The translations under genes were made by a program, and so were the position numbers. Below, one piece after another: positions 48,071 through 61,599 of a stretch of 64,000 nucleotides of DNA; within the stretch, counting starts at the first letter, position 1, and every line of letters begins with the position of its first letter. A model generated the notes under the pieces. That model saw only the letters and a list, made by a program, of their open reading frames with translations. It made no database searches and was not told the DNA's origin. Origin of the DNA: Atractiella rhizophila (Eukaryota); the NCBI GenBank assembly GCA_021432655.1, contig MU271220.1, positions 1 to 64,000 of the forward strand, read 5' to 3'.

Positions 48071-49434
48071 ATGAAGTTGGGAGGAATCGATTGTTTGTTT
48101 TCTTTCTCGCGCTCAGCAGTTTATTCCCCAACTAACAACAAAACAAGGTCACATTTTCACCAGCACCGACCCTACGTTCTTCACGACGAAGGCAGTTCAA
48201 GAAGCAGAGAAGAGAGTGCCCTCCTCCATCTCTAAAGCGGAAGAGCTCGCCTCTAACATTGAGGATGATGTAGCTTCGTGTGTTTTCACATGACTGCTTT
48301 GACTTTGTTAAAATACTTTATGAAGCTGCTACATCGAAGTCCCAGCGACGGCCAACTCGAAAACGGTTCCCATTTACTATGCCATCTTCTACAGGATCCA
48401 TGATTTGACCTATACGCACGAGATCAAAGCCGAAGTTGACGGTGGAAGAGTACCTGAAATTGTTCGCCGCACCATTTTCTGTCACCGTGTGATACACCTC
48501 TAATTCTTGTCGTCAGGTCGTCGTGCATTCTGGAGGCAGGGCGACGCCAGCGCCACTCAAGACCAATACGGGCTTGATAACTGGTGTAAGTTTGACTAAT
48601 GATTGGAGCAAGTCCCGTACGTCCTCCCTTTCGCCAGTATTCACGTCATGCTGATAATTGGTAAACAGGAGGATTGAAGTTTGAGTCTACGGGCCATACT
48701 ACTACCGAAGGTGGACGACCCAAGTCCCGCATGGTCTTGGATGAGCAAGAGACCAACGGGCTGGGAGAAGTGAAGATCTCCTTCTTCCGCGCTCAAAACT
48801 CGAAGGAGAAAAGCAAGAGCACTGGGTTCCACAAGGACGCTCCCGTTACTTCTACCGATCCTGACAAAGTCCCCCTTGGCATCTCTCACAAGACGGGTTT
48901 GGGTCCTATTCTCTTTGGCCCGCCTAGGAAGACGCCAGCTGTCGAACAAACCGATACGGTCCCTTTCGTGACTTTCGTATTTAAGTATAGGTCCAAGGGT
49001 TCGTTCTACGCTGTTGGCACAACTCGTTTTATTGACAAATACGGCAGATTTTCTTCCTGAAGATTGGCTCTTGACATCCATTCCAACGGCAGAGGAAGTT
49101 CCTCCCATGTCTCCCCTCCAGACTCCAGCGGCTGGGGAAGAAAGACCTTCAACGCTGATGATGAAGCGATCCAGCAGCTTGGCGGTGAAGGCCGGAAAGT
49201 GGACCGGGGCTCTCAAAGATGGCTTGAAGGATGTCCACATTCCCGGAAACAAGAAAAAGGCGCGCCTTTCTTCCGTCTTTAGCAAAGTTTGCCACTGACA
49301 AATCAGAACAGCTCTCAAAGACGCCCGAGGAGGGAACTACCACTGATGCTCCTCCTAAGACGCCCCCAAAGGAGACTTCTGAAGCTGAGGCTACCGCTAA
49401 CACTGACAGTGCCACCCAGCCTGCTCCTGCCTAA
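48071..49434 (+). CDS. Hypothetical fungal protein, multi-exon, with TFVFKYRS motif (reminiscent of DUF7918-type proteins)
   Basis: Several GT-AG flanked exons; LGEVKISFFR and PFVTFVFKYRSK|DFL; low-complexity C-terminus. Confidence 0.6.
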
Positions 49435-50710
49435 TCGCCGTTTGATATCCTTCGAAACTGATTGCCTGTGCTCTAATTGTCCTCCATCATAATCTAAAGG
49501 TTTCATCGAGACTCGGTTACTGTTTTACTCAAATATTCAAGGCTGTGCGAATTGTTTCTACGATTGAAATTTCAATGGGTTAACGGAACGAATACGATTA
49601 TACCAGTTCTGATTTGTATAAATATATCCATTTTTGCGAAATTGCATGGAGGGTCAAACGTTTCACTAACTTAAAGTTTACATTTGCATTGTTACCAACT
49701 CCAAACAACTCATAGCAACCAGACTCAGGCGAATATATTAAAGCTTCTATCTGAGTTTGACTTCATACCCTGGAAAAAAGCGATGGTGCGGGATAGTGTT
49801 TCACTAGTGGTTGTGCTGCTCCGATAGGGGTGGGCTTAGGGTTGGGTGTTTGTCTAGTGGTAGGATAGTGTTAAGGGAAATGACGAGTCGAAATCGAAAT
49901 CTTGCACATTGAATTGAAAAACCAAAACGAACATAAAAAGCTGTTGGTAAAAGCAAAAAATAAGTCCGGCCCGCGAACGAGCTTGCGCATTATGCAAGGG
50001 TACGCCTCGTCATCCCATTGATTATATCTCTACGTCGGCTGTGAGGAGATTGAAGCCTCGACGGTTGTCTCAAATCAGCCTTAGATTCGTCCTGTCCCCC
50101 AAAAACTGTGTGGTGGAAGCCAAGAAGTAGGATATAATCGATGGTCAATCACGGTGTTATTCATTGCGAAATAACTCTAGTTGCCATTTTCTTTAGGACA
50201 TAATATTCCGTCCTCGAAGCTCAAACTCGCAAAATGAACCGATTCTCTTTGAGTCTCAAATCAAGTTGAGAGGAAATGTATGAGAACGATCAACAAGGGC
50301 CACGGGATACGGTATGGCAAGTGCGTTCTGGGGATTCTTCTCTCTTTTCGGGGGAGCTACTAGAACCCATCAAAGTTAGAGAAGAGCCTGTACAGACTTA
50401 CAGCTTACAGCACAGCTGGAGAACATCAAGACAAACAGGATGATGAGTCTAGATCTGTCGGACAAAAAGCTGGAGCGAACCTGCGAGGATAGAATGGGTG
50501 GGTGCCCGTCAACAAGAACCTGTACCTCATTCATGCTAAGCCCACGTCTGACATAATTCAATCATACGAACGAAGCACCATCAACTTCGCACGGGGATCG
50601 AAGTCACGGTTTCTTGGTCAATCCGGAACAGTATGGAATACTTATAAAAACGGAGGTCATGATACATATGCCGTCTCAAAATCAATCCAAAGTGCTCTTT
50701 CAAGGTAAAC

Positions 50711-51932
50711 ATGAGTTTCATGAACTCCGTCACCATATTATCTCCAGGCGAATATGATCAGCTCACGGGACCGGAACGTGATGCTTATTGCCAAGCTCTC
50801 GAAGCCGAACAGGTGTGGAAGCAACCTGGTAAGACTCCATGTTGTCAAGTTGTAGCTACTGACCCGTCTGGCTAGGCTATAACGCCCGGGAGGATGACTG
50901 CATCCAATATGGCTATGTGCCGTCTCTTCGTCTCGGTGCCACCTTCCTAGCCCTTTTGTTCGTCTCTTCCTCATGAACTTGCTATAAGGATTGAGCACCT
51001 AGCGCAGTGTTACCTTGACGCTCATCCATACGGTACTTACCATCGGATGGAGGAAATATTGGAACCGATACTGGACAATGCTCACAATTGTGGCAGGGGA
51101 ATCCTTGAAATTGTTGGATGGATTGGACGTGTTCTCGCTCATTCCTCACCCTATAACTACAACTACTTCATTTGCCAGGTGGGTTGTCTTCTGAATCGTT
51201 ATGCGCTCTGATATGACATTTCTTGACAGATCACCACGCTCATTATTGCTCCAGTGTTTTTCTCAGCCGCACTATACTTCCTTTTAGGCTTCGTCATTAT
51301 TGAAGTAGGGAGCCAGTATTCGGTTTTGAAACCAAAGAGCTACGCAGCGATTTTCATCACTTGCGACTTTGTGTCTCTTGTTCTGCAAGGCGCAGGAGGA
51401 GGAATCGCTGGGACAGCGAACACTTCTAAACAAGCTAACAGAGGTGCGTTACTTTTGCAGCCTTTTCGTGTATTTTTGCCGATGACACTCCTGTCAGGCG
51501 CAAACATTATGGAAGGTGGAATCGTGTTTCAACTGGTGACAACCATCGTCTTCTCAATCCTCGCCCTCGACTTTTGCAGAAAAGCGAAGCGCGCAGGCAA
51601 ACTTCCTACTCGATATTCTAGACTCTATTACCTTGGGAGCGCGATTGCGATCGGTACGGCGATGATTCTTGTCAGAGGTATCTACCGTACTGTCGAGTTG
51701 GCTCAAGGATGGCACGGGTAAGTCTATCCCTCCACATCAGAACACGAAATCCAAGCGACGCCTCGGGTATAGTTACTTGATCGAGAATGAACTGTGGTTC
51801 CTCTGCGATGCCATCCCAATGGTTATCCTCCTCGTCCCTCTCGCTGCTGCACACCCTTTCTGGACTTTACCACGGCGGGATCCAACGATCACGATAATCG
51901 AGGAAGGGAAATTAGAGAAAGAAAGTAGCTAA
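50711..51932 (+). CDS. RTA1/Rsb1-like 7-TM lipid-translocating exporter family protein
   Basis: YGYVPS; GGILEIVGWIGR; FICQITTLIIAPVFFSAALY; IFITCDFVSLVLQGAGGGIA; ILVRGIYRTVELAQGW..YLIENE. Confidence 0.92.
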
Positions 51933-52314
51933 ATTAAGTACTATCCGTTTTGCTGAAAACTTTCTCTATACTGTATCATGAGTTGGTGTTTTCTACTTTC
52001 AGGACATTTGTGCGACTGGACCATGGTCTGATATCCCAATGGTCTTCACTGTAAACTAATACTTGTGCACTGAGAAATGATTGTGACGTTGTGACGTTGA
52101 AACGCACGTAGCACGTAGACTTGGCGTTCGCGCAGGCAGCAACCCATCACAGGTAGAAAGAACAATGCAGCAATGCACCAATATGCGGAACCTAATTTTT
52201 AGTTATTATCTGTTTTTAAAGTTTGCACCGCCCTTATTATCCTTGCTTTCCATTGTCTTGCATCTTTGCGTCGCCCATTCGAGCGGATCACTTTATACTT
52301 GAGTTTAGGTTATA

Positions 52315-53799
52315 ATGGCAAATGCATCTGTAGCGAGTGATCCAGCGGCCACATGGGCAACCTCTCTCCTCTCCCCCACTCCTGCATTGGCACTCCTACG
52401 CATAGTGTACTACTTCCCACGCCTCACCCAATTCTACAAGTACATCAAGTTTGTGGAGCGCTTACTGTCCCGAAAGAGTGAGATTCAACGTATTTTGGAA
52501 GGAGTGGAAGGGGGCCCTACTGCGGAGAGCTCGTGGAAAATTGGTACGCTAACCTCCTTGGGATTGCCAATTCGCTTCAAAGGCACTGAAACACTCAACT
52601 TAGATTTTGCAATTCAAAACTCATTCGTTTTACCCGTACGCCCGCAAGCCCGCTCGTCATCGCCATCATTCCTAACTTTGTGCAGAAAGCAAATGCGTAT
52701 TTCAGCACTTCAGCCAGCGAAGAGCCTGTTGACGAATTGGACGAATGTTCCAGCAACGAAATTGAGACCACAAAGCTCTCGGCGTGCCAACACCTCCCAA
52801 GAGTACGTGCACCTTCCTTTCTCAGTTGTTTCGAGAATTCACAGACTGCCGCACAGCTCCGGGAAACGCTATATGCGCACCTCAGCAATCTGGACGACAA
52901 TTATCGCTTGATACGAAAGCTTATCGCACGCTCCCAAAGGAGCTTTGACTGGAAGTCATCTGAGGATGAGAAGAATTTACGAGCTGTACGTTTGCCTTTA
53001 ACTGCAGTCAGGAGTGCGTACAAGAGGTGTTGCTGAATATTGGATCGGCGGACCCCCAGATTTGGAGGTACCTGATGCCAGAAGACGCCCTCGACGTCGT
53101 CCTCGACAAACGATGGCAAGACGTTCGTTCTCTTTCTAACTTTCATCGCTCCTGATTGATCACAATACAGGTTGGCTTTCAAGGTGAGTTTTGACATCCA
53201 CGAGTGTCATCTGAACCACTCGTACCGTAGGCAGCGATCCAAGTACAGATTTTCGAGCAACAGGGATGTTAGGGTAAGTCCACTGTACACAGAGGCAGAT
53301 AGATCTAAAACGGTCACTTGGATAGACTGGACAGTCTTCTGTTCTTTGCTCGAGAACATTCTTCGTCGTCTCAGATCGCGACTGAACTAAATGGAACGCC
53401 AAACTGGTAGGCATCATCTCGTGCTGCTTTATACCAAACATATCTGCATATCTCATAATAACGTCAATCCGAATAGGTACCCATTTGCTCTCGCCTCCAT
53501 AGCAGTCTGCGACTTCGTTCTTTCGCTTCTGAAGCATCGAGATCTTCAGTATCTCCTATTTTCGAAGGAGAAGGACAAGAGAGAGCAATTTGTCTTCGAG
53601 TTTCACTCTCGACTGCTTGTCATGTTCCACCTGGAGTGGAAATCAAAGCAGGAAAACGTGATGGTACGTTGTTTGTTGTTTTTTCAGGAGCGATGCATCG
53701 ATGATCACTGGCATGCCACAGCAATTCGAAAGGCTTTTCTCTGAGTTTAAGAGTCGGATTAGGTATCTCGTCAGGGCTGGAATCATGCCAGAAGGTTAA
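52315..53799 (+). CDS. ELMO/CED-12 domain protein (ELMOD-type Arf-family GAP)
   Basis: Spliced GFQG-SDPSTDFRATGMLG; YPFALASIAV; FHLEW...NVM|QFERL. Confidence 0.85.
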
Positions 53800-54059
53800 T
53801 TCACGAGGCAAAACTAACGTATTTACATTGATACCCTTACTTAATGAAGCTACATCCATCCTAAATCCCATTCAAGCGTTATACATATTCAGCCCATCCA
53901 CGTTCGCAATTAAATCCAACTGACTTTGCCTCACTCACAGGCATGATAAGGGTTCAAGCCTATCACAACGAACTCCTTGTTGTTGGTGAACGGCCGACGT
54001 TCGACGCTGGGATAGTTTGCAGCTGAATGCGACGTGCAATTGCGATACCATCATCAATG

Positions 54060-55000
54060 TTATCCTGTGGTCGTGTCAACGCAGTAGTGACTACGAGTTA
54101 AGAAAGGATATACCTGCAAGGGGATTTGGGCCAGCTGGGCCCTAGATTCATCCGACATGGAGATCTCGCTATACGCTGGACCTCTGGAAGCATACTCTGG
54201 CAGAGTACCAGCATGGTCCGTCCCTTCGCGAAGGTGATAATCTGGCGCAGGTTGCAGTGAACCGTTCAATCGAGGGCGGTTTTGAAAATACCGCTCCGAC
54301 CACGGCTCTCGGTCGTTGGTAGGAACACCTCTCTGATCCTGTGTCGTAATAGTGTCGACGCTACATCACGTTACTGAGGATACTTCAGAGTAGGTGGGAG
54401 CTGAACGCACGGAAACGGACCGGCGAATTCGCTGTGCGTCACAAAAGCAATCCGTTTGAGGAAACGGTTCGATTTGTTCGCGTGCGAGCGGATACGATTG
54501 CAGATGTCCTGGAGGAGCGGGGATGAGCCCAACGTGGGAAAGAAGCAGACTTTGGGCAGACTTTCCTTTCCTGCAGGAGTCATGGCAGGGAGATACCCTA
54601 TTCTGCCTCCGCCCAAAGCTGTCTCGTAACAGATGATCAGAAAAGCAGCATTGTGCTTCGTGAGGATATGTGATCGATTTCTGCCTCTTTTCAGAACTGA
54701 TCCCCAATCTGAGGAACAGAGAACTTACGTGCCACGAAGATAGAGGGTGAGATATCTGATTTTTTCGAGCACTGCAGGTTACAAGGCACGATGTTAGGGG
54801 GCATTTGTGATGGTCGAAATCATCACCTTCACCACTTGTGTGCCCTGCGCAGACATGAATCAGGATGCAACCTCATGGATCAGCCTGTTTTGGTGCTTGC
54901 CTCTGAGATACTTCCAAATCACATAGCCTGAAAGAACCTCCTCAACTTCCTGGTCACTCGTGCACCTATCTAGGTACTTTCCAATGTCAGCTTGTCCTAG
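54060..55000 (-). CDS. Possible multi-exon hypothetical protein
   Basis: Series of short minus-strand ORFs (54060-54269, 54371-54616) with nearby splice-like motifs; no full model resolved. Confidence 0.3.
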
Positions 55001-55870
55001 CATCTTGCCAGCAGGTGATGTTGGCTTAGGATGGGCTTAAGCTGGACGTGAAGGACCGTGTTACGTTTTGGAAAAGAAAAGGCAACTTCTGTACCAACGT
55101 CATTGGTTGCAGACGCAAGTTGGGAAATTGCAAATTGCCTGACTCACCGCATGTAGGTATCAGCTGTTTTTACTGCCAGGAAAGGGGCAAGGAATGAGAG
55201 CTAACAGAATTGAACTGGAGATTTGCAGGTGTGTATGAGACAGCTGAGAGGAGAAACAGGGAATCGAAAGCTTTATTGTGTGTGATTGGCTCGCAAGAGC
55301 TTTTGGGTACTAAGCAATCAAAAGTTATGGACCTGTGAAAAAGACACGAGACAGCCAGATTGCGCTAAAAGAACACTTTGAGATTCATAATTGAGGAGGA
55401 AAATAAGAAAAGAGAAATCATGAACACCCGAACGTAAGGTCGAAAGGAATTATGAGAAATCAGACTGGACACCACTCGAAATCAAGAGAGACAAGATCGA
55501 AAGAATCATACGACGTGTGTAAATCGTAACCGTCATAAACTAGCATAGCAATCCGAATAGGAGTTGTGGCGACAGAGCGCAAGACTAGATTCACACAAGA
55601 AGCAGAAATTGGAAAATCCTCTCCACCCCGTTTCGAGATAGAAAATATACAACGGACTAAATATCCCAGACGACCGTCACTTTTGAAAGAGAGTTATGGA
55701 AAGCGTCCATCCGTGTTCATGTTTATGAGGCGAAGAAGGTGAGTTGGAGAAAGGATAAACGAAGTCACCCCCGAATGGTACAGATCAACACGTTTCCCAA
55801 ATACAAACCATGAAATATAACCGATTGACTTTCACACACTTTTGTCGATGGGGTCATCAAATTTTGAATT

Positions 55871-58577
55871 CTAGGCCAGATCCTCGAAGGTTGCCGTCCG
55901 CGGTCTGGTGAGATTGAGCTTGGAACCGTTTGAAATGAGGAGATGTGACAGGAAGACCTGATATTCTAATTCGTGATAGCAGAAGTGGTGGATCCGGCAA
56001 TGGTTCCAGAAGAAGGCACCGGAGCTGTAGCCGGCAATCCGACCAAATGCATGCCTTTTCCAACCACAGGAGAGTCGTTCATCGGCGTGACTTCCCCTGA
56101 AGAAGGTGGAGTCCCGTACAGTTGGTTGTGTTGTGGAGGTGGCGAATACTTCGTTCCCTGGAGGTTGAGTTGGTGTGAAGGATCTTGCTGATAAAAGCAA
56201 TACTATCGCCCGCGTACGTCAGTAAATGCAGAGGAAGCCGAAACGACTGGAAACAAACCTTGTCCACAAAATCATAGTACGAGCTGCTGTCCATCGACGG
56301 CCTCTCAGCAAGAGGGGTCGGCGGAGTGACGATCGGAGTATCCGGGCTCGAAGCCAGCGACGAATTCGTCATCGCCGACAATGGGCTGTTCTCCAAAGAC
56401 GACCCAGTGCTCCCGAGCATGGCGATGTGGTGCAAAGGCGATCCATTTTCCATCATCCTCTGAGGAACATCAGCTTCCAGCGACGATCGAATTGATGGAG
56501 ATAATGGGGGAGAACGCTTTTGAGGGGGAGAGCCGGATGGCGGGGATGGCGCTGGAGATGCAGGCGCCAAGTCGGGATGGCGGAAGAGAGGAGGCAGAGG
56601 CATGTACTGAGGAATAGGAGCGGACATCGTGGCAGTCGGTGGGTAGGAATTGAACCTTGCCCTACTCATTTCTTCCTCCTTCAACAGGTTGCTATAGCTG
56701 GAATATAGATCCTGAGGCGGGGACGGAGGACGTTGGACACCTCCATAGAAGTATGAAGAGTAGGGATTGAAGTATTGAGGACTATTCGGTCCATCAAAGT
56801 ACCCAGCCAACTCCGTCATGCCGGGGCTGTGACTGAATGAACTCTGAGCTGGCATCGCTTGCGAGTAGCACGAAGCAGGCATCCCGTCCTTAAACTCCAT
56901 ATGCTTGCCTGCCGGGCCTTGAGGTCGCTCGACATAACGATTGAAAGAAGCTTGGTTGGATGGTGGCGGGGGACGAGAAGGGCGAGGTGAAGGTTCGGTA
57001 GGAGCGAAATAGGGGTTATCCAGAATTGAGGACGAGGGACGAGGGTTCTTGAGCGAAGTTCCAAAGTCGTACCTGGTAGCTAGCGTGTTGCCGCTCGATT
57101 TCGCCGTCTTCCAAGGAATAGGCGCTGCCCCCGCATCGCTATCATCGTCCGCGAGTCGATCGAGCTCCCTTCGAATATCTGCTGCCCTCTTCTCCGCAGC
57201 CGCCTCCGAAAGCACCGACCATGTATTCCTTGACGAAGCACCTTTGACCGGAGCGGTGGATTTTCGTTTCCTGGTGAACTCGACCTGGTAATTCCCTCCG
57301 GAGTTGGAATCCCAAAGCTCGACTCCTCCGACGGTATAACGAATGCAAAGGAAGAGTTTCTTCTCTTCGATCTTGGAAATGATATCGTTCAACTTGATGT
57401 TGAAACCGAACTTGTCGTACAGGCCACCCCTTATCGAATCGATGTAGTCGGCGGACACTTCCGAGACCGTTTGCCAATTATCAAACGAGAATCTGGCGCA
57501 GATCCATTTGGAAAAGTCTAGGTTTTTGACCATAACTATTCCGCGGAGCGACTTGTTGTCCGGCGCGATGTCGAGGGACTCCAAGTAGACATCGGAATTG
57601 ATCCTCTGCTCGGTCATTGGGGGAAAGTTGGTCAGCCTCCTGGAGATCGTCCAATGGCTCGCCGAGCCAAAAGGAAACCCATCTCCATCGTCCTCCGTCT
57701 CAGTCTCGATGGGGCTTCCTTCTCGACTGACGGCTGCCGGCTTCTGTTGTGAAAGGAAAAGCTTGACATGTTCAAGCTGCGTATCGAAGTGTACCGCTTT
57801 TGACGATCCTGGGGTAGAAGGCGCAGACTTGGTTCGTCCATACGAAGACTTGAGCGAAGGCTTGACCAGCTCCCCCGATTTCTTCCTGATCATGGGAGAG
57901 GAGACTCGAGGGAAAACCGACAAGTCCACCGTGCCGAGATCAAGACGCAATCCAGGAGACTTGTCGCCAGTCGAAGGAAAAGAAACAGTGTTGGATTCAT
58001 CCACCATCTTCGACTTCCTCTCGTCAAATGGGGAAGAAGAATCGGTCTTCGGAAATGGGATGATGTTTTCGGCGGACGTGGGCCGACCGTTATCCTCACT
58101 CCCAACCGAATCTGCCTTCTCGTCCTTCGGCTTTGCCGATTCCTCGTCCTCCCGAAATTTGAGCTTGTGACCATACAGACGTATGCGTCTAGCGTCCCTC
58201 GACTCCGAACGAGCGGGCTCAGGTTGTTCCGCGCTCTCTTGCTTCTCCTCCTCCTTCGGAGTCGACGCTCTGATATAGATAAGCCCGCTGCCCCTCTCAT
58301 CCGACCGACTCCTAACATGGTGCCGGACACCAGAGCGTCGTAAATCGAGCTTCAGGCTATTGCTCGAAAGGCTAAGGGGTTCCGCCGATGCTGCGTTGGA
58401 TGTCTCGCCATTCGTAGACGCTGTGCTCTCCGTGAGAGCCGAAGCAGAAATTTGGGTGGAGGATTCCCCTGCTGTTGGCGGGTGGAAGGATGGAATAGGG
58501 GGTCGGGAAGGAGGAGAAGAGGGATATGTCATAGTGGCAGTTGGAGATGTCGACGGAGAAGGTAATGCGTAAGGCAT
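55871..58577 (-). CDS. Glycogen-targeting PP1 regulatory subunit with CBM21 domain (Gac1/Gip2-like)
   Basis: RKKSGELVKPSLK; PP1-binding RVxF-like KAVHFDTQLEHVKLF; CBM21 VYLES...LRGIVMVKNLDFSKWICARFSFDNWQT...LCIRYTVGGVELWDSNSGGNYQVEF; one 3' intron; likely start MPYALP at 58577. Confidence 0.9.
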
Positions 58578-61500
58578 GATGATCGAACTCGTCACGGTCG
58601 CCGAATAAACTGTGTGAGTGAAACACATTCCAATTACCTCAGCCCGACTACGTAAAATTAAGAAGATGAAGTGCGTACCTTGAGAGTGAAACAACAGGAC
58701 AACAGGCCTTCTTCGATCCCCAGCGTGAGGGAGGAGAAAGCAATAATCTAATATATTAAGGGAAGACCACACAGAAGCCGAACGTCGATAAACAGGTGAC
58801 TGATAAGGTCGATAGTCGGCGTCGGAGCACCGAGCGGAAGGCTCTGACTGGGTAAAGGAGGATAGGATAGTCGAAGGAAGGAAATAAAATAATTCAAAGA
58901 GAACGGGGCCGTCCTAGGATCGAGGATGGAGAGAAGTCGGGAGGACCTGGATCGTTGTTTTGAGTCGGGAGAGATCAAACAGGCACCTTTAGGAGCGAAG
59001 GGTAATGCAAGGACGTTTTACGACGAGAGATAACACATAAAAAAGAGTGGCCACCCAGTCAGTCCCAATTTGGGCTCCCCCAAAAAAACAAGACTTACCT
59101 TTACCTGAGTTGACCCAAACCCGTCTATCGAGTTGCCACTCCAAATAATAGTGTTAATATTCTCTCGAAAGGTCGACTTTAGGAAGGAGAGACGGGGTAG
59201 CTGCAGCCTTGTGGCTTGAGCGCTGAAGGGGGCTAGGGACGTTGAGGGAAAGGGGAGAAATATAGGAAATTTTCTGAATGGATTTCGGCCTTAGCTATAG
59301 GAACCTTAAGTCACTCAGATGAACCTAAACACTGAGCTTGTTCGTTTGACGTCACTGCAATTCCGGTCTTTCCTACGTCTTCTGCTTTGGGACATGAAAC
59401 AGACCCCACAGGAGCTGTGGTGCTTCCTTTTGGCTAACTTGCTCTGTGGTGCTCTCTTGCTGTCGCTCCTGCGGGACATCACGAGTGTTCCCATCAAAAG
59501 TAGATTTGGGGTGCAAATTACACTTCCTTTGTGGCCACAAACTCCGCCGTTCAATCCCAACATTCAATCCCAAATGAATCCCATATTTGCGGATTAGCTT
59601 CAGAGCATGTTTTGATCGACGAGGATCTGCATATACTTCCTTATCTCACTTTTGGGTCCTGTCTTCCATCTCGATGGACGTTTGCTTGTTTCGCAAACTT
59701 GACAAATGTTCAGTCAAATCTGTCCTCTAACCTCGCTCAGCCTGGCATTCTACAGAATCCTGCCCTCTTTAGTCTGTGCAATGTTCAGCTCGCCAATCCC
59801 AGCCTACCGGAAACCGATTGAAATTGAGAAATGGGCACAAATGATCAGCTGAGCAGTTATCAAATCCCAAAATTGACGTCCTTCTCGGCTTCCTCTCAAC
59901 TCAACAACCGGGTTTTGCGGTTTCGTTGCCAACCAATCTCCCAATCTCCCTTGTGCAGGCAATGAGCACCAGTTTAGCTCACTCAGGCTCTCCAATTCCA
60001 ACCCAACTTGGTAGGACCTCCGTCTCAAACTCCGAGCCAAATCCCAAATCTCATCTAGATCATGCAGGCTGAGAAGTGTCAACGGTCCATCTCAACGTAA
60101 ACGTTCCTTAAAGCATTAAAAGCGTTAAAGACAAGCCTTCTCATGTCTTGACCGACCGAGCAAATCGCGCAATTTGAAGCATTCAGAGAGCGGCAGGTAG
60201 TCTAGTTATTGTCATGTCCATCCGGCGTTATCGATTCATATCTATCCATCGATGAAAACTCTGCATTCAAACGAATGAAGGCCTCGAAATTAACATCCAA
60301 GATCGGCTGGTCCAAGCTGAGCATCAGATACGCTGATAATTTTCACAATACAATGCCAACTGAATGCCTCTCAAGCTTTCGAGTCAGCCTGCGGGACGCG
60401 CTCTCTATCTCGTATCATCGTTCGTCGATTCTTTATCCTTCTTGACCTTTTCTCGGCTCACCTTGAGCGACAGTACATGTCACCATCAAGCGGTAGTTTC
60501 CTCCCCACGGGTGCTTGGAGTGAACGTGAATTCTTGGACTCAACGTGCTCGAGGGGTGCTCAACAGCCTGCGTAACTCAAGCTTGAGATCTCGGCACCCA
60601 CTGCTTCAAAAGCTCGAGTCGAACCATCGTTCCCCGTTCAGTAACGCAAATGACTTTGGTTTGCGGTTCTGCGGTTCTGCGGTGGTTGGGCATCACGCAG
60701 ATGTCGAAATGTCGCCACCGCAGGTCAAAAAAGAGGGACGACATCGGTCCCAAATCAACAATCAACAAATCAACGTTCTTTCTCAACTGCAACGTGTGGA
60801 ATATTCAGTTCCAGCTTCCATCTCATCGGTTTCGCAATCGACATGTTCTAGAACCTCTGAGCTTTCATCGACATCTCTTGCTCAGAATTTAGCCAGACGA
60901 TTATTATGGTGTTCCGAATGAACTCGAGAGACGAGCAGGAACCGTTGCCGCTTTCGGGAGAACGACTGAAGGGAGAGATAAGAGGCTTATCAGCTTGCTC
61001 ATCAAGCCATCCCTGTATAGAATGTCAAGGTTCCTTTCGCGCGTCCTCTTCGCGTCAAGGTACGCGTCCGCCACCAAAAAAATCAAAAATCAAAAAAATC
61101 TGTATTAGTTTGAAAGCGGAAGCAAAGTGCCACGTGTTGAAGACAAGGGAAGTTTGAACAAACTTTGAAATGCCAACACGAGGGCCGGTACAGTAAGGAG
61201 AACATTGACGGCTCGCTTGCAAGTTGCTTTGGTCCTTCGTGCTTCGTATTTACACAAACAGTCGATGTTGGAGAAGGGTTCGGACGGCCCAGGTGGGTGT
61301 CGCTGAATGAAATAGTCTGTTTTGCCACATCATCCTACCATTCGCCTTGCACGCTCAATAGCGTCCAATGTCGATCTCGCTGGCAAATGAAAATGCTGAT
61401 ATACTGCATCCATGAATTTGACGACCTTTGGAACACGTCAGTATTTGGTGTGGGAGCTTGACAGTGCGATCTACGGGTACAATTATTGTCTTTCATTCTT

Positions 61501-61599
61501 TTCAACCACACAAATACCTGCTGAGGCATCGGATCGTCATTAGATTGCAGTACATCAGTGCTAATTCGTACATTGGTGCAGCTCTGACCGGTTTCCAAG

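Noticed and set aside
49830..49850. Telomeric repeat or telomerase RNA template
   Set aside because: Only one TTAGGG; the opposite strand reads CCAACCCTAA, not a clean template of about 1.5 repeats.
58578..58772. N-terminal 65 aa of the 897-aa ORF
   Set aside because: Opens at a non-ATG codon and looks like UTR; MPYALP at 58577 is the more plausible start.
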